The notes below the pieces were generated by a model. That model ran no database searches. It was given only the letters and a program-made list of their open reading frames with translations, and was not told the origin of the DNA. DNA of 64,000 bases. Origin: Spirochaetia bacterium (GTDB lineage: Bacteria > Spirochaetota > Spirochaetia > CADAEX01). Shown in pieces: positions 50,267-61,331 of this stretch. The translations under genes were made by a program, and so were the position numbers. Numbering within the stretch: the first letter of the stretch is position 1; every line of letters starts with the position of its first letter. The DNA lies in contig JAZURI010000003.1 in assembly GCA_045606105.1 (NCBI GenBank), positions 128,001 to 192,000 of the forward strand, read 5' to 3'.

Positions 50267-51598
50267 ATGGAAAAAAATATTACTGACCAGGGAAAAGGAC
50301 AGATTCAGGTGCAGACAATCAGGGAAGTTTTCCAGTACATGCACCAGTTCAGAGGAAAATGCTTTGTTATCAAGATTGACTGCAGTATCGTAAGCAATCC
50401 GGACTTCACTCTTCTTGTACGGGATATCGTGAAGCTTCAGGAGTCGGGAATCAGGATTGTACTCATTCCGGGCGCCAAGGAGCGTATTGACGAGGTTCTC
50501 TCCGATTACGGCTTTGCTCCTCAGTGGTCTGACGGAGTCCGCATTACAAGCTCCGATATCATGCCTTTTGTCAGAATGGCTGCATTTGATGTGGCTACCA
50601 GAATCATGACCAGCCTTTCGGCCTACGGATGCAAATCTGTTATAGGAAACTGGGTACGGGCCAGGGGAATAGGTGTGGTTGACGGTATTGATTTCCAGAG
50701 GACCGGTTTTGCCGAAAAGATTCTTACCCAGGATGTGCTTACCATTCTCGATGAAGGCTTTATTCCTATTCTTCCCTGTGTCGGATGGAGTACAGTGGGA
50801 AGACCTTATAATATTGCCTCCAACGAGCTTGCGGTAATAACAGCCTCCAGACTCGGTGCGGACAAGCTTTTTTTCCTTACCTCCAGACCTAAGTTCATGG
50901 CAGAGGATTTTGTCCTTCCGGAAGGGGTTGTTCTTTCATCCGAAGGCCGGATAAGCAACTTCAGTCTGGCAGACATACAGCAGTTTTTCCGTCTCAACAA
51001 ATATGATGAATCCCTGGAGCTCCTCGAAAAAGCAAAGAGAGCATGTGAAGCGGGAGTTCCCCGTGTACATATCCTTGAGGGATGCACCGACGGTGTTCTT
51101 CTTCAGGAAATATTCTCCAATCTCGGTTCCGGAACCATGGTATATTCCAACCAGTACAGCGGTATCCGTCCTATGAGATATGACGAGGTAGGGGATGTTC
51201 TCCGTGTCATGAAGCCTTTTGTCAAGAATGATATCCTTCTTCCCCGTACCGAGGAGATGATAGAGGAAACTCTCAATGATTATATCGTTTTCGAAATAGA
51301 CGGTGCGGTACATGCTGCCTGTGCTCTCCATGTTTTCCCTGACGGAGCGGGAGAAATTGCAGGTATAGCGGTGGATGAAAACTATTCCCATCTCGGTGTC
51401 GGACCGAAAATGGTGGAATATCTTGTGGAAAGGGCCAGAAAAATGGGTCTGAAAAGGGTTTTCGTCCTGACCACCAGAACTGCCGACTGGTTCCTCAGCC
51501 ACGGCTTTGAGGAAGGGGTGGTTTCCGAGCTGCCGGAAAAAAAACAGACTGCATACAACTATCTCAGGAACAGCAGGATATTTATCAGAAATATCTGA
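50267..51598 (+). CDS. argA: Amino-acid N-acetyltransferase (N-acetylglutamate synthase, AAK + GNAT)
   Basis: FRGKCFVIK, GVVDGIDF..TG, LLQEIFS..GSGT, GNAT domain with FVLTTRTADWF. Confidence 0.92.
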   Translation: MEKNITDQGKGQIQVQTIREVFQYMHQFRGKCFVIKIDCSIVSNPDFTLLVRDIVKLQESGIRIVLIPGAKERIDEVLSDYGFAPQWSDGVRITSSDIMPFVRMAAFDVATRIMTSLSAYGCKSVIGNWVRARGIGVVDGIDFQRTGFAEKILTQDVLTILDEGFIPILPCVGWSTVGRPYNIASNELAVITASRLGADKLFFLTSRPKFMAEDFVLPEGVVLSSEGRISNFSLADIQQFFRLNKYDESLELLEKAKRACEAGVPRVHILEGCTDGVLLQEIFSNLGSGTMVYSNQYSGIRPMRYDEVGDVLRVMKPFVKNDILLPRTEEMIEETLNDYIVFEIDGAVHAACALHVFPDGAGEIAGIAVDENYSHLGVGPKMVEYLVERARKMGLKRVFVLTTRTADWFLSHGFEEGVVSELPEKKQTAYNYLRNSRIFIRNI

Positions 51599-51640
51599 CA
51601 TTTTTATTGTTTTTTAAATATTTGGTGATATATTTTATAT

Positions 51641-53140
51641 ATGAATATCATTGTCAAGCTGAAGGAAACCTGTATATCTGTCATCCCTATAATGATTATA
51701 GTGGTGCTTCTCAACTTCACGATTGCTCCGCTGGGAGCGGAGTCTTTAATCAGATTCCTTTCCGGAGGAGTTCTTGTTATTATCGGACTTACCCTTTTTC
51801 TTGTCGGTGCAGATATCGGTATCATTCCTATCGGTCAGAAGGTGGGTGCAGCCCTTACCGCAAAAAGAAATCTTCTTATCCTTATGACCGTCTCCTTTGC
51901 CATCGGTTTCTTCATAACCGTTGCAGAGCCTGATATCCAGGTTCTGGCGGCCCAGATAGTAGGTGTCAATCCTGCTGTACCAAAAACACCTCTCATATTC
52001 ATGATAGCTTGCGGAGTAGGATTTTTCATTGTAGTCGGTCTCCTGAGAATAGTATTCAATATTTCGTACCATTGGCTCCTTATTCTTTTCTATGCCATAG
52101 TCTTTACTTTTGCTTTCTATACCGATCCCGATTTTCTCGGAGTAGCCTTTGATTCCGGCGGTGCAACCACAGGCCCTATGACAGTGCCTCTTATCATTGC
52201 TCTCGGAGTGGGTGTGGCCTCCTCAAAAGGGGGCGGTGTAATGAACCGTGACAGCAGCTTCGGTCTTACGGGAATGGCTTCAATAGGACCTGTTCTTGCT
52301 GTCCTTATTCTTGGTCTTATCTGTTCCGGATCCGGAGCCGTACCCGGCGCGGCGGATATTGCTGCAGACGGAGAAACCCAAGGTTTTATCTCCCTGCTTC
52401 CCCATGTCATAAAGAATATGGCTGCTGCTCTCATGCCCCTTGCCGTCATGTTTGCCTTTTTCCAGATATTTCTTATCCATATGCCTCCTCACCAGGTGAG
52501 AAGGATGATCAAGGGACTTGTCTATACCTTTGTGGGGCTGGTTTTCTTCATGACCGGAGTTGAAGGGGGCTTCATGCCTGTAGGCTCAATGATCGGAGGT
52601 ATCATCGGTTCACTCCCTTATAACTTTATCCTTATCCCCATCGGACTTGTACTGGGGGCTGTGGTAGTATGTGCAGAACCTGCCGTATGGGTTCTCAACG
52701 AGCAGATAGAGGAGATTTCGGGAGGCCATATCAGGAAACGTCTTATGCTTGTTTCCCTTTCTGTGGGTATTTCCATTTCAATCGGAATTGCAATGCTCAG
52801 GGTGATTACCGGACTCAGTATCTGGTATTTTCTGATTCCCGGATATGCGGCTGCCCTTATCCTGACCTTCTTTACCCCTAAGCTTTTTACCGCCATTGCC
52901 TTTGATTCGGGAGGAGTTGCATCAGGTCCCATGACCTCCACCTTTATCCTTTCGTTTACACTGGGCGCTTCTTCCGCAGCGGGAGGAAATCCCATAACTG
53001 ACGCATTCGGTGTTATTGCCATGGTTGCAATGACCCCTCTTATAACCATCCAGCTTCTCGGACTCCTTTTCGGAATGAAGGAAAAAGAGGTTCTCGGACA
53101 GAAAGTAACAGATGAGGGAGTAACAGATGGAAAAATGTAA
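51641..53140 (+). CDS. DUF1538 domain membrane protein (two fused repeats)
   Basis: Two copies of the AEP..VL and AFDSGG(A/V)(T/A)(T/S)GPMT motifs. Confidence 0.88.
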   Translation: MNIIVKLKETCISVIPIMIIVVLLNFTIAPLGAESLIRFLSGGVLVIIGLTLFLVGADIGIIPIGQKVGAALTAKRNLLILMTVSFAIGFFITVAEPDIQVLAAQIVGVNPAVPKTPLIFMIACGVGFFIVVGLLRIVFNISYHWLLILFYAIVFTFAFYTDPDFLGVAFDSGGATTGPMTVPLIIALGVGVASSKGGGVMNRDSSFGLTGMASIGPVLAVLILGLICSGSGAVPGAADIAADGETQGFISLLPHVIKNMAAALMPLAVMFAFFQIFLIHMPPHQVRRMIKGLVYTFVGLVFFMTGVEGGFMPVGSMIGGIIGSLPYNFILIPIGLVLGAVVVCAEPAVWVLNEQIEEISGGHIRKRLMLVSLSVGISISIGIAMLRVITGLSIWYFLIPGYAAALILTFFTPKLFTAIAFDSGGVASGPMTSTFILSFTLGASSAAGGNPITDAFGVIAMVAMTPLITIQLLGLLFGMKEKEVLGQKVTDEGVTDGKM

Positions 53141-53822
53141 TATTGCAGGATACGACAGGCTGATCATTTCCGTTGTCTCCAGGAACTCCGGTGAAAAACT
53201 GGTCGAAGCAGCCAGGAATGCCGGTGCAAAAGGGGCAACTATTGTGCAGTGCAGGTGCAGCTCGGATAATGCTCTTCTGCAGTTTCTCGGAATTGATGAA
53301 AGCGACAATGACATGGTTCTTATTCTGGTGGACAGCAGCAGCTTTGATACAATTTTTTCAGCAGTTCTTAATTATTCGGAGGAGCACAGGCTTTCAGGCT
53401 TTTCGGTTGTTCAGAGGCTTTCCTCTGTAATGAAATGTATTGTATCGGAAACAGGAAGCAGGGTGGAAAATATTGAAACAGGAGCAGAAAAAATGGAAAA
53501 CAGACCTTCTCATGAGATGATAACCGTAATAGTGAATTCAGGCTATGCCGAGGATGTCATGGCTGCGGCCCGCAAGGCGGGAGCCAAGGGGGGAACCATT
53601 CTCAATGCCAGGGGAACCGGAAAGGAGGAGGATGTTAAATTTTTCGGTATTTCCATAGTACCTGAAAAGGAGGTGCTCCTTCTGGTTACCGAAAAGGAAA
53701 AATCGGCGGAAATTATCGGATCCATAAAGGACCTGGTCTGTTTCTCCACTCCGGGAAGCGGAATATGCTTTACCTCCGATGTTGAAAACTTTACAGTTCT
53801 CGGAAAGAACCGGAACAAATAA
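53127..53822 (+). CDS. Tandem PII-like nitrogen regulatory protein
   Basis: Two repeats: AARNAGAKGATI and AARKAGAKGGTI..ARGTG...PEKE...PGSGICF. Confidence 0.85.
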   Translation: MEKCNIAGYDRLIISVVSRNSGEKLVEAARNAGAKGATIVQCRCSSDNALLQFLGIDESDNDMVLILVDSSSFDTIFSAVLNYSEEHRLSGFSVVQRLSSVMKCIVSETGSRVENIETGAEKMENRPSHEMITVIVNSGYAEDVMAAARKAGAKGGTILNARGTGKEEDVKFFGISIVPEKEVLLLVTEKEKSAEIIGSIKDLVCFSTPGSGICFTSDVENFTVLGKNRNK

Positions 53823-53835
53823 ACAGGGTGGGGAT

Positions 53836-54690
53836 ATGGAAAAAAAAGCAGGCAAAGTACTTCTGATCTGTAATTACAAGAGACACGGCGTCAGGGAAAT
53901 TGCCGACGAGATGTGTTCATATCTTTTATCCAACGGCTATGAGGCGGTGGCCATGAGCAACTGTCAGCTGGATGACTTTACCGTGGATACGGAATATTCT
54001 CTTTTCATAGTTCTGGGGGGAGACGGAACCGTTCTTTCCACAGCCCACAAGGTGGCCAGGGAAGATGCCCCGATTCTTGCAGTGAACTTCGGCACCATCG
54101 GATTCATGATGGAGGTGGAGAAGGAGGACTGGAAAAAGGCCCTGGACAGCTTCATTGACGGCAGCTATACATGCGAAAAGCACATGATGCTGGATGTTAC
54201 CGTCATGAGAGGGGATAATGTAATCGATAAATCCACCGTCCTCAATGAAGGGGTCATAAACTGTCCCGACTGTAAGCTCATGAAGCTTTCTGTAACATTG
54301 GGAAAGGATGTTCTGGGATATTATATGGCAGACGGGCTTATCATAGCCACAAGCACAGGCTCCACAGCCTATTCCTCCTCTGCGGGAGGCCCTATAGTCT
54401 CACCGGAGCTGGAAACCGTCATTCTTACCCCTATATGTCCTTATTCCTATATTGTAAGGCCTGTGGTGGTATCTCCTGACAACAGGATAACTGTAAGCAT
54501 GGAGAGCAGGAGCAATTCCCGTATCATGCTGGTTCTGGACGGACAGCGAAAGATCCTTCTTCAGGGAGACGAGACAGTGGTATTTGAAAAAAGCAGCTGT
54601 CAGGTGAAAATTATCACCATTCCCGGCAGTGATGAGCTTTTCTATGAAAAGCTTCAGGCCAGAATGTGTCTTCAGGGAGCCGAGGAATGA
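53836..54690 (+). CDS. nadK: NAD(+) kinase
   Basis: GGDGT, NFGTIGF, NE, DGLIIATSTGSTAY..SAGGP; upstream of recN. Confidence 0.92.
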   Translation: MEKKAGKVLLICNYKRHGVREIADEMCSYLLSNGYEAVAMSNCQLDDFTVDTEYSLFIVLGGDGTVLSTAHKVAREDAPILAVNFGTIGFMMEVEKEDWKKALDSFIDGSYTCEKHMMLDVTVMRGDNVIDKSTVLNEGVINCPDCKLMKLSVTLGKDVLGYYMADGLIIATSTGSTAYSSSAGGPIVSPELETVILTPICPYSYIVRPVVVSPDNRITVSMESRSNSRIMLVLDGQRKILLQGDETVVFEKSSCQVKIITIPGSDELFYEKLQARMCLQGAEE

Positions 54691-56345
54691 TTGACGAAAT
54701 AAATATCAGGAATTTCGCACTGGTAGAAAAGGCTACCCTCAGCTTCGGAGAGGGCTTTAATGTCATTACCGGAGAAACCGGTGCCGGAAAATCGCTTATG
54801 GCAGCCTCCCTTTCACTTCTCAGAGGGGGAAAGGGTGAAGCCGGAATGGTCAGGAACGGAACCGAGGAATGTGAGATTTCGGGATATTTCTATACAGAAA
54901 ACAGGGAGGCTCTGAGCTGGCTTTCAGAGCGTGGAATAGAGCCCGACGAAGGAGCTGTCCTTATCAGGCGTACCGTGAAAAAAAGCGGCCGTGGCTCCAT
55001 TCAGATTCAGGGACACAGTGTTACAAGGGATGAGCTTGCAGCCTTTACCGGCATTATCTTCGATGCCCACGGCCAGCATGAGCAGTATACCCTGGTAAAC
55101 AGCCAGCATCAGCTGAAAATGGTGGACAGCTGTGCAGATATCGGTTCTGAGCTCTCTGAAATGAAAGCTGCCTTTGACCGATATTCAAATCTCAGAAGGG
55201 AGCTGGAGGCCCTTGATTCCTCCTCCATGAGCCGGGAACGGGAGGCCGATATTCTTGCCTATGCCGTAAAGGAGATAAAGGATGCAGGCTTCAGCGACGG
55301 TGACGAGGAGGAGCTTGAAAGAAAGCAGAAGGTGCTGTCGGGGCACGACCGGTTATGCAATCTTCTGAAAGAGGTTTCAGATGCCTTCGGAGCCGGAGGT
55401 CTTTCCTCCCTGAGAACTGCCCGCATTTCACTGGAGCAGTGCGGCGATATTGATCCTGATCTTGCCGGTTATGCAAAAAGAACCGAGGAGCTCTGTTACG
55501 AGGCAGAGGATATTGCAGAAGGAATAAGGGATTATATTTCCGGGATGTCCTATTCTCCTGAAGAGCTTGAGCTCTGCCAGGAAAGACTGTGGCTTCTCGG
55601 TCGGCTGAAGAAAAAATACGGAAAAAGCATAAAGGAGATTCTGGATTATGCGGCAGAAGCAGAGGCCAGATATCAGCTCCTTTCAAACTATACCGAAAAC
55701 CGCGAGAAGCTGGTTCAGGATACCGAACAGGCAGGTGAGGCTGTACGTAAGCTTGCAGCCCTGATTTCCGAAAAAAGAAAGAAATGTGCCGCTGTACTGG
55801 AAAAAAATATCGAAGGAATCCTCCGGGAGCTTGGTATGCCCAAGTCCTCATTCCGCATTTCCGTGGAGCAGGGGGCTGAAATCACATCATCCGGCAGCGA
55901 TATCGTAAGCTTTCTCATATCACCTAACCAGGGAGAACCTCTCCGGCCTGTTTCCCAGGCTGTTTCGGGAGGGGAGCTTTCCCGTATCATGCTGGCTGTA
56001 AAGAGCGCTTTTTCAGGCTCGGATCCTGTGGAAAGCATGCTTTTTGATGAGATTGATGCAGGAATCGGCGGAGAGGTTGCGGTGCAGCTGGGAAAATATC
56101 TTTCCGGACTTTCAGTGAAGAAGCAGGTTATATGCATAACACATCTTGCCTCCATAGCGGTAAAGGGAGACAATCATATCAGGGTTGTAAAGAAGGTATC
56201 GGGAGAAAGGACCTGTTCCGAGGCTGCTGTCATTACCGGCGAGGATAGGGTGAACGAGATAGCAAGAATGCTTTCAGGTACGGAAAGCACCATTTCTGCA
56301 GCCCACGCAAGAACCCTTCTGGAAGAGAATTCTAGAACTCGTTGA
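54687..56345 (+). CDS. recN: DNA repair protein RecN
   Basis: ITGETGAGKS, HGQH, SGGELSR, FDEIDAG, ITH. Confidence 0.95.
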   Translation: MIDEINIRNFALVEKATLSFGEGFNVITGETGAGKSLMAASLSLLRGGKGEAGMVRNGTEECEISGYFYTENREALSWLSERGIEPDEGAVLIRRTVKKSGRGSIQIQGHSVTRDELAAFTGIIFDAHGQHEQYTLVNSQHQLKMVDSCADIGSELSEMKAAFDRYSNLRRELEALDSSSMSREREADILAYAVKEIKDAGFSDGDEEELERKQKVLSGHDRLCNLLKEVSDAFGAGGLSSLRTARISLEQCGDIDPDLAGYAKRTEELCYEAEDIAEGIRDYISGMSYSPEELELCQERLWLLGRLKKKYGKSIKEILDYAAEAEARYQLLSNYTENREKLVQDTEQAGEAVRKLAALISEKRKKCAAVLEKNIEGILRELGMPKSSFRISVEQGAEITSSGSDIVSFLISPNQGEPLRPVSQAVSGGELSRIMLAVKSAFSGSDPVESMLFDEIDAGIGGEVAVQLGKYLSGLSVKKQVICITHLASIAVKGDNHIRVVKKVSGERTCSEAAVITGEDRVNEIARMLSGTESTISAAHARTLLEENSRTR

Positions 56346-56925
56346 TAAAGTTTTCGGCAAATTTAAAGATATACCACTCAATGTTCTTCTTGTAGAGACG
56401 AAGGGAAAAGAAGGCTCTTGCCAGTCCCTTCAGTCTGCATTTTCCCGTATACAGGATAAGGTCATCCTCCAGGGACAGGGTGTATACCAGATTCTCCAGG
56501 AACTTATTGCTCTTGTGGGTCTTGTCCGCCTCAAGCTTGATTCCCTTTATTTTTCCCGATTCATCATATTCTATTTCCTTGATCAGGAAAGGCAGTGTAT
56601 ATTCCTTGTGCTTCAGGAAGAATATATTGAATGAAAAACTTACCTTGAAGGTTTTTTCCTCCGGGTAATAGCGGAGATCGTTCAGTGTGCAGGTAAGCTT
56701 CCTTGCTTCGGGATCATCCTTCCGGAGACCTTCCAGAAGCCAGTTTTCATAATCCTCGAAATCTGCCATTATCTCCCTGGCTCTCTCCCTGTTGCCGTGA
56801 AATTCCACAAAGCCTACGGTGGTGTATCCCTCATTCTCGCTGTAGGTGGTAAGGGGCCCGGTAATATCAGCCTGAAGCAGGGCAGAGACAAACAGGAATG
56901 TTATCAGGAAAAATTTTTTAGGCAT
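56332..56925 (-). CDS. Hypothetical exported protein
   Basis: Signal peptide MPKKFFLITFLFVSALLQA; coupled to the upstream ORF. Confidence 0.65.
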   Translation of the reverse strand: MPKKFFLITFLFVSALLQADITGPLTTYSENEGYTTVGFVEFHGNRERAREIMADFEDYENWLLEGLRKDDPEARKLTCTLNDLRYYPEEKTFKVSFSFNIFFLKHKEYTLPFLIKEIEYDESGKIKGIKLEADKTHKSNKFLENLVYTLSLEDDLILYTGKCRLKGLARAFFSLRLYKKNIEWYIFKFAENFINEF

Positions 56926-57533
56926 CAGGAAAGAAGCTTGCTCCTTATTTCCTCCCTTATTTCTTCAAGAACCCTTTCATACTGATCCAGCAGCTCCTTT
57001 CCGGCCTTTCTCAGAGCTTTCTGGAAATCGGGGTCGCTTTCGGGATTTATTTCCACTTCCATTCCCAGCTTTTCGGCAACAGCAGCCCTTTTTTCCATGA
57101 GCTGGGGCTCTATCTGTTTTTTAAGAGCCTCCTTCAGCTCCTCCTTGTTGCTTTTGTACTGGTTGAAGAAGCTTCCTATCTGGTCGAAGATTTCCTGCAG
57201 ATACGGGGCAAAATCCCTGTCACCTGCACAGAGCATTCCCAGCTCTCCGATTCTGCCGATTCTTTCGGTGCTGTAATCGCTGCTTTCCGGCATAACCAGA
57301 TTTGCGGTAATTACCTTGACAATTCCTTCTGTATATCTGTTTCCGTCGGCAGTCTGGTACTTTTTTACCATCACTCCGATCTCTTCAAGGGATATTCCAT
57401 CCTGTTCGATATATCTGAAGGCAGCCTTTCTTCCTTCATCCGTTATATTCTTGTCCGTTACTCTGGATTTTTCAGCCCGGATGTCGCTTACCCTTTCCAG
57501 AGCCTTTTCCAGTGCAGATTTTATTTCTCCCAT
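56925..57533 (-). CDS. Conserved hypothetical helical protein
   Basis: MGEIKSALEKALER N-terminus; SD AGGAG. Confidence 0.75.
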   Translation of the reverse strand: MGEIKSALEKALERVSDIRAEKSRVTDKNITDEGRKAAFRYIEQDGISLEEIGVMVKKYQTADGNRYTEGIVKVITANLVMPESSDYSTERIGRIGELGMLCAGDRDFAPYLQEIFDQIGSFFNQYKSNKEELKEALKKQIEPQLMEKRAAVAEKLGMEVEINPESDPDFQKALRKAGKELLDQYERVLEEIREEIRSKLLS

Positions 57534-57542
57534 TTTTCTCTC

Positions 57543-58391
57543 CTATACCGCTTTGATCAGGAACAGTCCTGCGGTAATAAGCAATATTCCCGATATTTTA
57601 TAAAAAGAAATTTTTTCCTTGAGAAAGACAAAGCCCAGGACAGATGCGATAACCACCGAGAATTCCCTGAGGGCTACAATATAGCTGGCCTGATCCGAAA
57701 GACTGAATGCAAAAAGGATGATCAGGTAAGTTCCCAGGGAGCCCAGGCCGATTATGGGGCCGTATTTCAGATGCTCCAGATTTTCTGCAATTGCAGCCCT
57801 GAAGCCTTTTCTGAATGCAAAAGGGGTAACCATGAGAAGTGAAATGGTGCTCATGAGGTTAAGTACGACTATAGGATGATTGTATAAGGAGCTTCTGCTG
57901 TCTGCCAGGGAATATCCGGCAACTGCTAAACCCGTAAGTATGGCATAGATATAGCATTCAAGATTCTTTTTGGAGAAGCCTGAGGAAAAGCCCATGATAA
58001 GTATTCCTGAAACAATGGTCAGGATTCCGGCCAGACCGTAGCCTGATACCTGCTCGTGGAGAAAGGCTATGGAAACAAAGGCGGCGGCTCCGACACCTGT
58101 TCCCCTGGAAATAGGATATGCGGTTGATATATCACCGAACTTGTATGAATCGAAAAGGGTAAGATAATAGAATGCATGGAAAAAGCAGGAGATAAATATC
58201 GGGATAAAGCCTTCGGGATTGATCCCCTCCCGGAAAATCAGTACTGCCGTAACCGGAAAAAGGACAATGTTTATGCTCATGGAACCGAGCCAGTATACTG
58301 TAAGGTTTCCTTTGATTTTTTTTGAACAGAAGTTCCAGCCGGCATGGGTAAACGCCGCCATTATCACCAAAATAAATACCAGTGTAGTCAT
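57543..58391 (-). CDS. DMT/EamA family transporter
   Basis: HAGWN, YKFGDISTAYPISRG, LREFSVV...LKE. Confidence 0.88.
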   Translation of the reverse strand: MTTLVFILVIMAAFTHAGWNFCSKKIKGNLTVYWLGSMSINIVLFPVTAVLIFREGINPEGFIPIFISCFFHAFYYLTLFDSYKFGDISTAYPISRGTGVGAAAFVSIAFLHEQVSGYGLAGILTIVSGILIMGFSSGFSKKNLECYIYAILTGLAVAGYSLADSRSSLYNHPIVVLNLMSTISLLMVTPFAFRKGFRAAIAENLEHLKYGPIIGLGSLGTYLIILFAFSLSDQASYIVALREFSVVIASVLGFVFLKEKISFYKISGILLITAGLFLIKAV

Positions 58392-58505
58392 TTTAACAAT
58401 CCCCTGTCCTTAAAATATTACTCCAAACCTTCTTCGGTGTAAAGGCAATATTGCAAAATATAGGATTTGGGAGTATTCTGTAAATTGGGAAAATACAGGT
58501 GTAAA

Positions 58506-61331
58506 ATGGATAAGATTATTATTAAGGGTGCCAGGGAGCATAATCTCAAGAATATCGACATAGAACTGCCGAGAGACAGGCTTGTTGTCATTTCGGGACT
58601 AAGCGGTTCGGGAAAATCATCCCTTGCCTTTGATACCATCTTTGCAGAGGGACAGAGACGCTATGTGGAATCCCTTTCCTCCTATGCCCGTATGTTCCTG
58701 GGACGCATGGAAAAGCCTGATATTGATTATATCGAGGGACTTTCTCCTGCCATCTCCATAGAGCAGAAGACGACTCACCGGAACCCACGTTCCACGGTGG
58801 GAACCGTAACTGAAATATACGATTATTTCCGTCTTCTTTATGCCAGGATCGGTACGGTTCACTGTCCCGAATGCGGCAGGGAAATCCATGAACAGTCGGT
58901 GGACCAGATACTGGATGTGGTCTATTCGTTTCCGGACCGGGCCAGGATGACCTTCTTTGCCCCTATGGTGTACGGCAGGAAGGGAGAGCATGAAAAGCTG
59001 ATTGCCGATGCCGCAGATATGGGTTTTGCCAGGGTCAGGATAGACGGCGAAATCAGGGAACTTACGGAAAAAATCGAGCTGGACAAGAAGAAAAAGCACT
59101 CCATAGACATTGTTGTTGACCGTATAAGGAAGTCGGATGAGAACAGGAGCAGAATCAGCGAGGCGGTGGAAACTGCGGTAAGTACCAGCGGCGGACGGGT
59201 CATTGTTTCGGTAATGGATGACAACGGCGTTTCTGAAGACTACTATTTTTCGGAAAAGAACTCCTGTCCCGACTGCAATATCAGCATACCGGAGCTTCAG
59301 CCAAGACTTTTTTCCTTCAATAATCCTTACGGTGCCTGTCCTTCATGCTCCGGCCTGGGAATGACCATGGAATTTGACCCGGCACTGATAATGCCTGACA
59401 AGTCAAAATCATATAACGAAGGGGGAATAGCCCCTTACAACCCGAAATCGGAATGGTACAGAAGCTGGTTCCAGGCGCTGGCCGACCTGTACGGATTTAC
59501 CCTGGATACACCGGTAGGGGAGCTTTCCGACGAGATAATCCGTATTCTCTATTACGGCTCTGACAAGGAGATAAAATTTTCTTACAAAAACCAGCAGGGG
59601 GACAAGACCTCGGAATATAACAGGAAGTTCCCCGGCATATATAAGGACCTTCAGCAGAGACACAAGGAGGCTTTCTCCCAGACCATGAGGGAATGGATAG
59701 AGAGCTTCATGAGCCAGAAGGAGTGTACCTCGTGTCATGGCTCCAGGCTGAGGAAGGAGAGCCTTGCCGTTACAGTGGGAGATCTGAATATTAACTCCCT
59801 GACAGCCCTTTCCGTAAACGAACTGGTGGATTTTTTTGACAGGCTGGTTCTCTCTGAAACCGAAAAGCAGATTTCATACCAGATAATGAAAGAAATAAAG
59901 TCAAGACTTCAGTTCCTGGCTTCGGTAGGTCTTGGATATCTTACACTGGACAGAACCGCAGTAACACTTTCGGGAGGTGAGGCACAGCGTATCCGTCTTG
60001 CAACCCAGATCGGTTCCTCCCTGGTGGGAGTCCTTTATATCCTGGATGAGCCTACCATAGGACTTCATCAGCGGGATAACGAGAAGCTTATCGAAACCCT
60101 GTGCCATCTCAGGGATATCGGAAATACCCTGATTGTGGTGGAGCATGACGAGCAGACCATCCGTGCTGCAGACCATGTGGTGGAGCTGGGACCGGGGGCC
60201 GGAATCCACGGCGGAAACATAGTTGCCCAGGGTACTGTAGAGGAGCTTCTTAAAAACGAGAACAGCATTACGGCCCGTTTTCTTAACGGTACGGAAAAAA
60301 TAGAACGGACAATAACGGAACGTGTGGAGAATCCCCATTTCATTTCCATAGAAGGGGCTTCCGAGCACAATCTCAAAAATATAGATGTAAAAATACCTCT
60401 TGGTAAGCTTGTGGTGGTGACCGGTGTTTCAGGCTCCGGAAAATCGAGCCTGGTAAACGATATCCTGTTTCCTGCCGCCCATAACCGGCTGAATCACGGA
60501 TCCATGCCTGAGGGTGCCTGCAGAAGGGTATCGGGACTGGAACACATTGACAAGGTCATCAACATAGACCAGTCTGCCATAGGCCGTTCCCCTAGATCCA
60601 ATCCTGTGACCTATGTGGAGGTATTCTCCCATCTCAGACAGCTTTTTGCAGAGCTTCCGGATGCCAGAGCCAGAGGTTATACACCCGGACGTTTCTCCTT
60701 CAATGTAAAAGGGGGAAGATGCGAGAACTGCCAGGGTGGCGGAACAATAAAGATAGAGATGCATTTCCTTCCTGATGTATACATAACCTGTGATGTCTGC
60801 GGCGGAAAGCGTTTCAACAGGGATACCCTTGAAATCAGATACAAGGGAAAGAACATTTACGATGTGCTTGAAATGACTGTTGAGGAGGGATGTGAATTCT
60901 TCAGGACCAACTATGCTATCAGCCGTAAGCTGGGGGCTCTCCGTGATGTGGGCCTCGGCTATATCAAGCTGGGACAGTCGGCGCTTACCCTTTCGGGAGG
61001 AGAGGCCCAGAGAGTAAAGCTTGCCTTTGAACTTTCAAAGGTCAGCACCGGAAAGACCCTGTATATTCTGGATGAGCCTACCACAGGCCTTCATTCCGCC
61101 GATGTAAAGGTGCTGATGGAGGTAATAGAAAAACTGGTAGCCAAGGGAAATTCTGTTGTAATCATCGAGCACAATATGGATGTCATCAAAATGGCCGATC
61201 ATGTCATTGATCTGGGACCCGAAGGGGGAACCGGCGGAGGAATGCTGGTTGCTGTCGGTACACCTGACGAAATTGCGGAATGTGAAGGCTCCTATACCGG
61301 AAAATTCCTCAGGGAGATGCGCGGACTCTGA
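58506..61331 (+). CDS. uvrA: Excinuclease ABC subunit A
   Basis: GAREHNLKN, two GxSGSGKSS P-loops, LSGGEAQR twice, zinc fingers. Confidence 0.98.
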   Translation: MDKIIIKGAREHNLKNIDIELPRDRLVVISGLSGSGKSSLAFDTIFAEGQRRYVESLSSYARMFLGRMEKPDIDYIEGLSPAISIEQKTTHRNPRSTVGTVTEIYDYFRLLYARIGTVHCPECGREIHEQSVDQILDVVYSFPDRARMTFFAPMVYGRKGEHEKLIADAADMGFARVRIDGEIRELTEKIELDKKKKHSIDIVVDRIRKSDENRSRISEAVETAVSTSGGRVIVSVMDDNGVSEDYYFSEKNSCPDCNISIPELQPRLFSFNNPYGACPSCSGLGMTMEFDPALIMPDKSKSYNEGGIAPYNPKSEWYRSWFQALADLYGFTLDTPVGELSDEIIRILYYGSDKEIKFSYKNQQGDKTSEYNRKFPGIYKDLQQRHKEAFSQTMREWIESFMSQKECTSCHGSRLRKESLAVTVGDLNINSLTALSVNELVDFFDRLVLSETEKQISYQIMKEIKSRLQFLASVGLGYLTLDRTAVTLSGGEAQRIRLATQIGSSLVGVLYILDEPTIGLHQRDNEKLIETLCHLRDIGNTLIVVEHDEQTIRAADHVVELGPGAGIHGGNIVAQGTVEELLKNENSITARFLNGTEKIERTITERVENPHFISIEGASEHNLKNIDVKIPLGKLVVVTGVSGSGKSSLVNDILFPAAHNRLNHGSMPEGACRRVSGLEHIDKVINIDQSAIGRSPRSNPVTYVEVFSHLRQLFAELPDARARGYTPGRFSFNVKGGRCENCQGGGTIKIEMHFLPDVYITCDVCGGKRFNRDTLEIRYKGKNIYDVLEMTVEEGCEFFRTNYAISRKLGALRDVGLGYIKLGQSALTLSGGEAQRVKLAFELSKVSTGKTLYILDEPTTGLHSADVKVLMEVIEKLVAKGNSVVIIEHNMDVIKMADHVIDLGPEGGTGGGMLVAVGTPDEIAECEGSYTGKFLREMRGL

